A stretch of 61,835 nt of DNA, counting the filler, from Kipferlia bialata (taxonomy: Eukaryota), in assembly GCA_003568945.1 (NCBI GenBank). It is 2 parts of 2 records of this genome, joined end to end, with 100 filler letters (N's around TTAATTAATTAA, not from the genome) between each part and the next. Parts side by side here need not be neighbours in the genome. Positions count along the whole stretch, not along the records: positions 1 to 30,889 come from BDIP01000117.1; 1 more part is not named here. The stretch is one strand, 5' to 3'. The notes below the pieces were generated by a model. The model was not told the origin of the DNA. It made no database searches and saw only the letters and a program-made list of their open reading frames with translations. Below, piece by piece: positions 1 to 11,265 of the stretch (positions are counted from its first letter, which is position 1; every line of letters starts with the position of its first letter). Made by a program: the position numbers and the translations under genes.

Positions 1-238
1 TATAGATGTATATATGGCTCTAGCAGACCTTATACTGTATATACTCAACTTTTGAACCACCTGTGGTGAGGAAATTTTTCGAAATTAGACCGTCTATTTT
101 TCGAAATTGGTCCAATTTAACTACGTAGTGAAATCCATTTTACTACGTAGTGAATGGCAATACACTATGTTTAGGGAACCCTATGAATCAATGACTCTCT
201 GTGACACGGTCCCCACTTTTCATCACCCGCACTCTCAA

Positions 239-1069
239 ATGGATCTCCCAGATGAGTTGATGGAGAAGGGGAGGAAACACATGCGGAAGGGTATATTCAA
301 GAGACCTGACTACTCCTCTGCAGGGCGCTGTTTCAAGAATGCAGTGAAGGGATACAAGAGGGACCGCCAGTGGACTCTTGCTGCTGACGCCACAGAGCTA
401 CTTGCCGAGGCACGTGACCTCGAGGGTCAGCCTCTGGCAGCAGGTCTTGCCCTTCGCGAGGGAGGAGAGTTCCTGCTGAATGTCAAGGAGGTTCTTCGCG
501 CTGCCACTCTACTGCAGCAGGCCCAGCCCTTCCTCATTGAGTCAGGCAAGCTGGTGGAGGCTGCTGAGTGTGGGGAGAAGGCCGCTCTCTGCCTGCTGGA
601 GATCAATACCCCAGAGGCCATTGCAGAGGCCTATGAGCTGTTTGCCACATCCCTCTCTACACTGATTGACGAGGGGCGTCTTCACTCCGCTGTCCAACCC
701 TACCTCCGTTATGTGGAGGCCCTGGTCGACCGGCAGAAGTGGGGGCAGTGTCTGTTGGTGCTCACTGACCTGAGGGACCTGTTCCAGCGCATTGAGCAGC
801 CCCACAATGTGAACAAGGCCACCTTTGCCTCCATCATAGTGTGTCTGGCCCAGAACGACATTGTCGGGGCAGACGAGGCCTTCCTGCGCTTCAGCGACTA
901 CCGCAGGGCTGAGGTCGGTGCTGCCGAGACCCTCATCAACCACTACCGGTCCAGAGACGTCGAGGGGTACAAGGCCTCCCTCACCAGCTCAGCTCTCTTT
1001 GGACAGTGGAACTGCATTGCCACCCTCGCCAGGAACCTGTCCCCTGACGCAGAGGATGACCTGCTCTAG
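239..1069 (+). CDS. NSF attachment protein, gamma-SNAP-like (intronless)
   Basis: ATG at 239. The N-terminus GRKHMRKGIFKRPDYSSAGRCFKNAVKGYK resembles the gamma-SNAP 'K(W)KPDYDSAA..Y.KAA..FK' motif. All-helical TPR-like body and acidic SNAP-type end EDDLL*. Confidence 0.8.
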   Translation: MDLPDELMEKGRKHMRKGIFKRPDYSSAGRCFKNAVKGYKRDRQWTLAADATELLAEARDLEGQPLAAGLALREGGEFLLNVKEVLRAATLLQQAQPFLIESGKLVEAAECGEKAALCLLEINTPEAIAEAYELFATSLSTLIDEGRLHSAVQPYLRYVEALVDRQKWGQCLLVLTDLRDLFQRIEQPHNVNKATFASIIVCLAQNDIVGADEAFLRFSDYRRAEVGAAETLINHYRSRDVEGYKASLTSSALFGQWNCIATLARNLSPDAEDDLL

Positions 1070-1551
1070 GTTATCCACCAGTAGTGCGTTGAAGTCAAGT
1101 GTATATGCTTGGAGTGTGTTGTGCGTAGTGTTTATGTGTTTGTGTTAAATTGTTTTCGGTTCTTTGCTGAATACACTGCTTCTTCAGCCTTCCCCCCACT
1201 CTAAGACTGCTGTGACAATGTATATGAATAGGAGAAGACAGTCGTCCGCTCCTTATCCTAATTAGAGGAGCACTGAGCGCTACAGTGTAGTCTACACAGT
1301 GAAGTATTAATAGTCACCTTGCCATTTTTGGTCGCGTTTGGACGAAGGGTGCAGCCACAGAGACTTGATTGTCAGGTAGCTGTAGAGCTCTCTACCAATC
1401 CAGCGAAAGAGGTCAAGGCCTGCTTTACCTGAAGATGCAGGTGGATTGCGAGACTCCTCTGTCCCAAGGTAATTGTGTGAATGCTGTTTGTATCTTCGTA
1501 TATGTGTGTCAGAGACAGTACTGTTCATTCACTGTGTCACACAACTCACCA

Positions 1552-3274
1552 ATGACTCACCCCGCAGAGATTGAATCCAACATCAAGCTCCTGGCCCAGA
1601 GCACCGATGTGGCGCACTCCTCCCGGCTGCTCGCCATGTCCAACTCCATTCTGTCCAAGGCCAAGCAGCAGGACCTGTCAGATGGGGTGGCACCCTTCCT
1701 CACCCTCGACTGTGGAAGCACACCCTTCTCCGTCCAGTACGTCACGGAGGAGTACCCCCAGCGGGCTGCTGCCCTCCTCTACCTCGTGAGGTACTTCTGG
1801 CGCAATGGTGTGCAGGACGTGGCTGAGTTCCTGGCCAGACAGGCCTTCGAGCAGTTCCACACAAGCCCCCTGGGATCCACCCTGGTGGAGGGCCGGTTAC
1901 TTCACGCAGCATGCCTTGCCACACCCGGTGAGGTACTTCAGCAGGTGGTGCTGCCTGCCCTGAGGAGGGCACAGGATAGGTACCATACTTATATATACTT
2001 GTGGAAATGGAATCCATTATGTGCCCCCCCCCTCCGCCGTATGACTCACCCTCCAGGCGTACCCACGAGGCCCATGCCACCTTTGTGGTTGCCCTTCTGC
2101 GGCAGTGTGTGGGCACAGGGGACATGGCCAAGGCAGAGAGACTGCTGGAGAGAATGCCATTCCCAGACCACAGGCTGGTGTCAAACTCAATGGTCGCCAG
2201 GTATGGGTATACGTAGATGTATGTACCTTCGTATACCCAGAGGTCAGCCCTTGGTATACTACCCCCCCCCCCCCTCCCACACACTCCTTCTCTTCCCACA
2301 TATAGTGTGAACACTGTATGTGTTCCTGGAGCTCTCTTTATGTGTGTACATTCTCTCTCTCCCCCCCCCACCCCAGGTTCCTGTACTACAAGGGCGTCGT
2401 TGCCCTGACCGCTGCTGACTATGCTGCAGCTGTGACATCCCTATCTGCAGCCATATCCGCCGCCCCTTCCTCCTCTGAGACAGTCTCTGGGTTCCAGACC
2501 ACGTGCCATAGGTATCGTCATATCTGTATAGACTGTTCATGCCCCCCCTCTCTCTCTGACCCCAGGGCCCTTGTTCTGGCCAGACTCCTCCACGGAGAGG
2601 TGACCCCCCATCCCGAGCTGATCAAGTACCCAGGCCCTGTCCCCCTGCTGGCTGTCTCCCAGGTATGTCAATATATATATGTATATATATACCTATAGTA
2701 TGTAGATCCTGATACTGATACTGACCCTCCCAGGCCTACCAGTCCGGCAGCACCGGCCAGGTCGAGCAGGCAGTCACCCGGCACTCCGACGCCTTTGCCG
2801 CCTTTGGCCTTCTACCCATAGCCCAGAGGGTCCCTGCCGCATGCACGAGGGGTGCTGTAGTGAGGCTGGCCTCAGTTGTCAAGAGGGCCACCCTGGCCCA
2901 GGTCACTGCCAGACTGGGCCTGGACAGTGAGCAGGCTGTGCTATTAGCCATAGGGGATGCCACTGAGAGGGGTCTGGTCAAGGCAGAGCTCACCAAGGAC
3001 GGGGTGGTCGAGTTTGGGGATGCCTCCCAGCCAGACAAGTCCTGTGCAGACGAGCTCAGAGAGCTCACGGCTAGGTGGGTATTGTATACATAATTTGTGA
3101 GTATATTGCCAACCCCCCCCCCCTCAACCCAGGCTGGATGGGATCCGTGCCCGCGCCGTCAAGTCCCTGAGGTTCGATACAGAGGAGACCTCCAAGAAGA
3201 CAGCCCTCGAGACCCTAGTGCACGAGGAGATGGCCGAGGACGCAGTCATGGGGGCAGCAGAGGGGGACGAGTAG
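1552..3274 (+). CDS. RPN3: 26S proteasome lid subunit Rpn3/PSMD3 (6 exons: 1552-1979, 2057-2200, 2377-2511, 2566-2662, 2734-3074, 3133-3274)
   Basis: The spliced product contains ATFVVALLRQ..AERLLERMPFP..NSMVARFLYYKG..AAISAAP..GFQTTCHRALVLARLLHGE, a PCI winged helix (LAQVTARLGLDSEQAV..AIGDATERGLVKA) and C-terminal AVKSLRF..EEMAED, all colinear with Rpn3. Introns are canonical GT-AG with matching phases. Confidence 0.88.
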
Positions 3275-3557
3275 GAGGGCCAATAGAGTGGTATCCATAC
3301 ATGCATTTGGGAAGTGCTCCTATCACGAAAGAAGAAATCTATCACCTTTTCGAATGGTAGATTAATCTCCTGTATAGCGGTGCTCTTCTCAGCCTAAATA
3401 TTCCCTATTGCTATATGTATGGTCTCTATGAATCAAATCGAGTAGTAGACAGAGCCCTTTGAAGAGTGGACCGAAGGGTTCAGAGGAAACACGCACGTAC
3501 TTCAACGGATCTTTCCCTGCCACTCCCTCCTTCCTTGAGCATCCTGGATCTGGCGTG

Positions 3558-3920
3558 ATGGATGACCCCATCGATGCTGCCGAGGCGCTGTCTGTAGCGC
3601 TAGAGGCGCATCTGAGGGAGGAGAACCGGTATGACAGCACGGAGGGCCTTGCCCTGAGGCGGCAGGTGCTGCTGGACCTGACCGACCTGGTCAGGCGGTG
3701 GGTGTCGGACACATACCTCCCTAGGCTCAGGGACTCCTTCCCCTCCAGGCCGACTGCCACTGCGCACATCTTCACCTATGGGTCGTACCGACTGGGAGTG
3801 CACACACCCGAGGCAGATATCGACACCCTGGCTGTGTTCCCCTCCTTTGTGGAGAGGAGGGACTTCTTCAACAGCTTTGTCAAGGTGCTGGAGAGGCACA
3901 GAGAGGTCGAGGACCTGGTG
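3558..3920 (+). CDS. Canonical poly(A) polymerase, first exon only (N-terminal part of nucleotidyltransferase domain); no downstream PAP exons found
   Basis: IFTYGSYRLGVHTPEADIDTLAVFPSFVERRDFF is the PAP signature. The exon ends at a phase-0 GTACGT donor at 3921. Confidence 0.85.
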
Positions 3921-4253
3921 GTACGTATCTGGCACAGATGTGTATGGGTCGTGGGATGTTGGAGCCTCGGCTCAATATATAGTGTGTGGGGTGGTATCAG
4001 CGTGGGTATCAGTGACATTATGCTCTATATTCGACTCCTCTCTGGTTATAGGTTTGTATATTGGTGGAGTCCTGATGTGTGGTAGCCGGAGAGCATGTGT
4101 GTGCGGGGGGGAGTCGATCCATTCTCTTCAATTGTTCATGGTGTTCATCCCTGCAGGGACACTCTATTGGTCTCCATCATCAGCCATGTGACCCTCTACC
4201 CCTCTGGCTGCATATTCATATATACACACACATATATATATATACTACTCTAT

Positions 4254-4288
<35 letters not shown>

Positions 4289-4367
4289 CCCCCCCTCTCT
4301 CTTCCCACCATATTATGCAACTCATGTCTTGCCATTTGCCTTACAATACCCCTATCTTACTCCCCAG

Positions 4368-7300
4368 AGTGTTGCCCGAATCTTCCAGCATTCCCAACTG
4401 ATTCGGCGGATGGGTCTACTGGCGGTATGGTCTCCTCTATTATGCTATTAGTCAAATATATATCCATTCTATATTGATGTTTCTCTTATGTATTCAAATG
4501 TATATGCGGATGTCGCACTCACGGATTCGCCTTACCGATATAGTATGTAGCACTTCATTCATATCCTCTCTCTTCTCTGTCTCTCTCTCTCTCTCTCCCC
4601 CCAGAGAGACTATCGCCCCGTCTCTCTCTCCATATATACCCCCCTTATGATAGGAGCCTCCCACTGCCATTCATGTCGCCCAGTGGTACCGTGAGGCCAA
4701 TCCCCGCTCCTCTCTCTCTCCCTCTCTCACCCTCTGGGAGGGGCTGTGTCCCCAGGCCAAGATGGCTCTATTCCTACAGGAGGAGGAGAGAGTGGATGGA
4801 AAGGAGAGGGGGGGAGGAGTTGAGGGTGTGTCTCTGGGAGGGGAGAAGAGAGGGAGAGACGAGGTTGAGGAGAGGGAAGGTGGTTATGTGGGTGGGACTG
4901 ACGCCAAGCGTTTGCCTGCTAGTAGCCATAGTACATGTACTGCTAGTGGTCATACTGTACATCTTTCTGTTGGTGAGAGTGGGGCTACTGTTGCTGTACC
5001 CGAAGAGGCTCTATGTTGCTCTAGGCGATGCCTAGTGACATACCTCAAGTACCGGAGGGTATACATGCTATCCTCTACTCAAGGCGCTACTCTATCTGCC
5101 GAGGACCGGCTGGTTGAGCAGTCCTCTGGATACCTATCTGCCAGGCCTATGCTATCCGCCTTAAGGGGTATGAAGGATGGTATCAAGGCAGACAGAGGCA
5201 GGGATGGGAGAAAGATGCGGTACATCATCTTCATCAACTCCTGGCTGCTACCCACTGGTGGTGATAGTGGTGATGGGGAGAATACCACCCTTGAGCACTG
5301 CTGTGATGCATGTATTGCCCGGATGGTGGGTGTCAAGGTGGGCTTTGTGCACAGTCTGAGAGAGGCACTGGAGGCATCAGAGGAGGAGACGTCCCAGGAT
5401 GACTCATGGGTAGGGGGGAGTACCACTCAGCTGGAGAGTAGTAGTACTGCGGCTGGTGGAGGTAGTAGCACGGCTGCAGCTAGTGTGGCAGATGTTGATA
5501 TTAGACGTGATGTGGATGAGGAGGAGAGTGATTTGTCTTCATCAGAGGATGAGCATGTGTCCGCCCCTGAGCCCCCAGTCTATGAGACAGTGACAGATGG
5601 CGGTACAGGCAGCACTAGTGTCAGAGAGAGGGATAGGGATAGTAGGAGAGATGCCCTGGATGCACTGAAGGCATGTCATGGTGGAGAGATGGGTAGGGTA
5701 CCTGTCTCTGCCAAGAGGGAGTTCATCATGGGATGGTTCCTCGACAAGAAGCAGGGCACGCTGCAGATGCCCAGGCACCACATCATGACTGTCATGCAGT
5801 GCACTGCCCAAGATGTGGATCTTGCCCAAACCATGTACCTAGACAAGGCCACACCCAGAGTTGCACCCCCTGGTACCAAGCGTGCTGGCGCCATCTTGAA
5901 GAAGGCTTATGCCACATACAAGAACAGGTACAGCAACAACCCGACTGGTCCCCTAGCTGTCAAGACTAAGAGAGCACTGCTAGCTGACCTGTGCATCGAT
6001 GTGAAGACTGGGAAGCTGGCTATGGAGCTGGGGCATGTGAAACGCCTCTTTGACTGCAGTGGGAAGTTTGTTATGGGGGTGCAGAGGGAGTGTGTGGCGA
6101 GGGTGGCACAGAGTTGTACGCAAGGTGACGATGGGGAGGGGGAGGGAGACGGAGAGAGTGATGGCAGTAGAGTGGCTGGTTCTGATATTGGCTCTCTCCA
6201 GGTTGCCTCTGCGCACGAGAAGCACGCTGCAGAAGTACCCCCTGTCTCTGAGAAGGAGAGACAGGTAGAGGGAGGAAGAGCGGCAGGGAGTGATGTTGAG
6301 ATTGGAGTGAGAGAGGGAGAGGTTGGTCTGCCTGAATCCGCTCATGAGGGGGAGGACATCTCCGCTGCCCTAGAGTCACTTACGGCCCAGTATGGAGGTG
6401 ACATGGTCAATGTACCTAGCCGTGCCAAGGTCCAGTTCATCACTGAGTGGTTCCTCGACCAGCAGCTAGGGACACTCCTCACGTACAAGAGGCGTGTTGC
6501 TGATATCATGCAGTGCTGTGGAGGTGTGGTTGATACCGCACGCATGCGGTATATGGCCAAGATGGGTCCTGCTCACGCTCCCCCTGGTACCCTGCGGGCT
6601 GGTGCTAATCTCGCAGATACCTATGCTGCGTCCAAGCTGAAGCACCGTCAGAACCCTCTTGCTATTGACGCAGTGACGGAGAAGCGGGGGCTCATAAGAG
6701 AGCTGTGTTTCAACGCAGAGACTGGGGAGCTGGCCCTGGATCCCTGGCACGTCAGGCATGTGTTTGAGTGCAGCATGGGTCTAGTATCCATGGTGATCCA
6801 GGAGTGTGCTGCCATGGTGGCAAAGGGGGGTAGGCTCGTTGCTAGTGGTATGGAGGAGAAGAGTGGGGATACTGGAGGTGTGATAGCACCACCTGGCACA
6901 CTGCATGAAGGGCAGGATATATCCACAGCATACCATGCCTATGTGGGTAAGGTACCTACTGACCAGGGGGCAGAGGCACTGGCGCTGAAGAGACGGCTGA
7001 TCTGTGAGTGGTGCCTGGACCAGAGGACAGGGCGTCTTCTGCTCCCTATAGAGCAGGTGAGGCATATATGCCGTCACCACTTGGTCTGATACTAATAGTC
7101 ACGAGTCATACTACTACTAAAGTCTCTCCTCGACACTATGTCTTATCCCCAGGTCAGGAAGGCCTTCAAGTGCAGCAGGAAGACAGTGAGTACCACTGAG
7201 AGGACAGCCATGGCTAATGTGGCTGAGTGTGGGTGGGTGCTGAGACCCAAGGAAGAGAGGGAGATGATCACAGAGGTATCTGATATGCCATCCACTTCTG

Positions 7301-9995
7301 CTGTCACCGCTGGCCCAAGTACTACTCGGCAGGGTGATGTGAGTATGACACACACCAACAGCACCACTGGGAGTGGTACTGATGGTAACCCCTCTGTGCC
7401 TGTTGGCAAGGAGTCCGCTACTCCGACCGTAGCCCCCTTTGGCAGTGTTCACGAGGGAGAGGACATGTCGGCTGCCTACTCTGTCTTCATGAACAGGTAC
7501 CAGGGCGTCTCTCATGGTGACAAGACCCTCATTGCTGCTAAGCGTGCCCTAATCGCTGAGTGGTGCATGGACAAGGACACTGGGATGAGACTGATGACGT
7601 GTGCACAGATTAGGGAGGTGTTTAAGTGTGGGAAGCTGCTGGTGGTTAGTGCTGAGCAGGCGGCCATTGCTAGTAAGAGAGGGACCGTAGAGCCTGAGGG
7701 GGAGAGTGGTGACACTAGTATGGCTGGTGCTGCTCCTGTAGAGTCTAAGGAGGAGCCTGATGGAAAAGGTGGCGAGAGAGAGAGAGAAGAGAGTGAGGAC
7801 AGACAGGAGGGAGAGAGAGAGAGAGATGAGAGAGAGGTGGGAGACGCTGCCGTTTACCCCAGGGACAGTGTTCTCTCTCTCTACCCAGGAGACAGTCTGG
7901 CTTTGGTGGCCACCTGGGATGGCATCCAGAGGAGGGTGAGGGAGGCAGAGAGAGAGAGAGACAGAGTGTATCTGGAGAGGGAGGTTGACAGACTGTATCT
8001 CGAGTTCATCCAGGACTGGTTCATGGACCAAGAGACTGGGGAGCAGCTGCTAGAGACACGCTCCATTGCAGCGTTTATGGGTGTCAGTGAGGGTGTTGTC
8101 ACTGAGGCCCTTGCTGCACCCTGGGACGAGGAGGAGGGGTACTCCACTGCCAGTGTGACAGGGCATCTAGAAGACGGCACTATCACACGACTACCAGAGG
8201 TTGTATCTGTACCTATCCCTCCCTCTGGGTACATGGTTGGACCACATGGCACTCTGCATGAGGGAGAGAGTATGGAGGGTGTCATGTCTGGGTATCATCA
8301 GACATACCCTTCAGGGGCAGGGAAGGACGCAGTAGCAGCCAAGCGCCAGTTGATACAGGAGTGGTGCTGTGACAAGGAGACTGGCCGCCTCTGCCTAGGG
8401 GTACAGAAGGTGAGGAAGGCCTTTGTCTGTAGCCGCAAGATGGTGCACGCGGCAGAGAGAGAGGCCGTGGAGGCCATAGAGAGGGGGAGGGAGATGGAGG
8501 CCGAGGGTGATAGAGAGAGTATCCAGGGAGGGGGAGAGATACCTCAGGACAGCGATGCCACACACCAGACGGAGAGTCCTAGCTGTACACAGATATTATC
8601 TGATAGTGCATTGCAGTCAGAGAGGTCTGCAGTACTTCCATTTGAGTATGGTCTTCCCAACACCCGCAGAGAGGGAGAAGACTTCTTCGCTGCCTATGCC
8701 AATCTGCTCGATACTGCTGGAGGTGATATCGAGAGCGTTGACACTGACGCCAAGTGTACCTTCATCAAGGAGTGGTTCATCCACAAGGAGACTGGCTATG
8801 TCCGGCTTCAGATGAAGGCGGTGAAGGGGCTGATGCAGTGTAACAACTACACCATTGCTCAGTGTCGCCGGGAGGTTATCTTTGAGGCAGGCTATCCTGC
8901 TCCTGGTGAAACCATTAGGGAGGGCGAGGATATCACCGCCGCATACACTGCCTTTCTAGCTCAATATCCAGAGACAACCCATCCTACTACTGCTGCACTG
9001 GCTGAGAAGAGGCGGCTTATCCGTGAGTACACCATCAACCAGCGGACGGGTAGGCTAGCAATGGCACCTCAGACTGTGATGCTGATATTCCAGTGCACCA
9101 AACGGACAGTGCTTGGGGTTGTGGCCTCTACATCTCTATCTACATCGGTTAGTGGCTCTACTAAGCCAGGGGACGATAGGGTGGATGGTGGATCTAGAGA
9201 GGGGGGGTGTTCAGACGCACATGTAGATCATAGGTTCGCTTCTGGGTATGAGGGTGAGAGAGACCCTGAGGAGGGGTATTGTGATGAGGGTGATGTTCTG
9301 ACCCATGCCCCCCCAGGCACCATGCACCAAGGGGAGGACATGAGAGAGGCATTCACTGCTTATGCACTAAGGTTTGTATATATGTATATGTGTGTATACA
9401 TTTACATGCACCAAGGGGAGGACATGAGGGAGACATTTACTGCTGTTGCACTAAGGTTTCTATATATACATATATAATTATGTGTGTGTGTGTGTATGTT
9501 TAAGTATATATATATGCATGAGGGGGAGGATGTGAGAGAGACATTCTATGCATTCTCTCTAAGGTATATATGATGTATGTATATATGTATGAATGTATCT
9601 ATGTATGTGTGTATACTCATACATTCTTACAATATGCACCCCATACTGATCCCTGCTGCCACAGAGGCCATGAGGGTATATATACATGTGTGTGTGTGTG
9701 TATTCTTCTGTTCTTATAACAGGTACCCCTGTACTGACACCCCTGCTGCCACCCTTGCCATGAGGGGTCTGATCAGAGAGTGGTTCATAGATCAGGTACA
9801 TAGACAATAATGCAACATAGTTTAGATTATTGGCGGCAGTATATAACTGATACTGATACCAAGGACACTGGCAGACTCGCCCTCCCGGCTGACGATGAGC
9901 AGTGGGCCTTCATATGTGGGGGGGAGACAGCACGTAGTGTGGAGAGAGAGGCCATGCAGTGTCTGAGGGCAACAGGGAGTATATTTCCATGCTAG
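4368..9995 (+). CDS. Large hypothetical protein with about 11 copies of a ~75-aa helical domain (exons about 4368-4424, 4654-7056, 7153-9371, 9723-9795, 9864-9995; 5' end uncertain)
   Basis: Long ORFs 4762-7089 and 7138-9477 join through intron 7057-7152, which completes a repeat unit (PIEQ|VRKAFKCS). Recurring motif: APPGTLHEGED.SAAY...KR.LI.EW..D..TG.L.L....VR..F.CS. Confidence 0.75.
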
Positions 9996-10505
9996 GTCGC
10001 TGGAAATCCCAGCCTGGGATCTTTGGGCGCACCTGGTTGTATAATACTATCATATTTCTTTCTGGTCTCTGTTGCAATTCCGTTAATACCATATTTGAGA
10101 GCTCAGATGCACTGTGACTTACCTGTCAGTATGTTGCTCTCATTTCGTTTGTCTCCTGAGATATATTGTAATAGATCATCATGGCATAGCCGATTCCGTT
10201 CAGTGAATATCGAAACATTATTACTGTTCACAGAAGATATGTATCCTCGAGTCAAAAATGCCTGTCAGTCTCTGAGTCTGGGAGATGAAGGAAGCTTAGA
10301 CTACCTCTATTGAATAGAGGGCCACAATATCGAGCCCCAAATTTGGCCCCCAATGTAATCTGAGTCTCAGACTGAGAATACTATTCTCGCCAAGAATTTA
10401 TTGGTGTTTCATCGCTGACAGATGATATCACTATTAGTGATAGTCTATTACAAGCAAATATTTTGTGAGCCAGGCCAAAGTTGGGGAGTTTGGCCCGAAC
10501 CAGTG

Positions 10506-10742
10506 TTATACACAAAACAAGTCTGACATGCAACGTGAGCTTTCAATATTATCAGTTATCAGGTAGCCTATCTCCACAGGAAGCGTGTCTGCGTGAACTA
10601 AGTAGGCATGACGGTGGCCTGCCACTAGAAGGATGTGAGTGGGACTGAGCACACATAAGGTGGCGTAGTGGCGTCCAGACTCCAGCCGTATCCAATATTC
10701 CTTCGCCCACTCGCCAGACACTACTGCATATACTATATGCAC
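10506..10742 (-). pseudogene. Possible remnant of the C-terminus of a Kelch-like family gene
   Basis: VVSGEW..Y.TLCVLSPTHILLV resembles the C-termini of the Kelch-like genes in this window (IVSGDV..HLCPVTPSTYL; ACHLTPHNIVV). No upstream exons found. Confidence 0.25.
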
Positions 10743-11265
10743 TGCATATTATGCAGTACCCTATATGCCATATAGGGTCACAATTTGGCTACTGGTCCCT
10801 TGCTCTACCACGGTGGTAACCACCATGAAGTAACTTTTTCATTGAAGTTCATGGCATGAACTGAATCTTTGTACCAAGTGACAAATCGTGATGTGCACTT
10901 AATGGAGTTGGGGTCAATTCTTCCGTAGAACCGTAGAATAGTAATCAAATAATCAAACCCCATTCAGAAGTTCACTGCAGAGAGCTGATATACATGAAGG
11001 AATATCTCATCTTTGCAAAGCCATTGGGAACTGGGCTGTTGATTAGCTAATAGTCTGATTATCGTGGGCCATATTTTATATACTTGACCTAATATTACAA
11101 CTATACTGCTCGACACTGCAGCCATCTCCAGTGGAGCCTGCCCCTCTCTCGATCGCCCTAGTGTCCCCAAACTCATAGCATCAACATCCAGTAACATATA
11201 TAAAGACATATTTATACAATTAGCAAGGTGGTCGAAAGGTCCTCAACCAAGGATCCTAAAGGTGT

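Noticed and set aside
4762..9995. Autonomous transposon
   Set aside because: No DDE or RT catalytic motifs, terminal inverted repeats or target-site duplications recognised.
10320..10380. GAGCCCCAA motif resembling the reverse complement of 42963-42990, plus a small TCTGAG-T-CTCAGA hairpin
   Set aside because: Too short and imperfect to call a dispersed element by eye.
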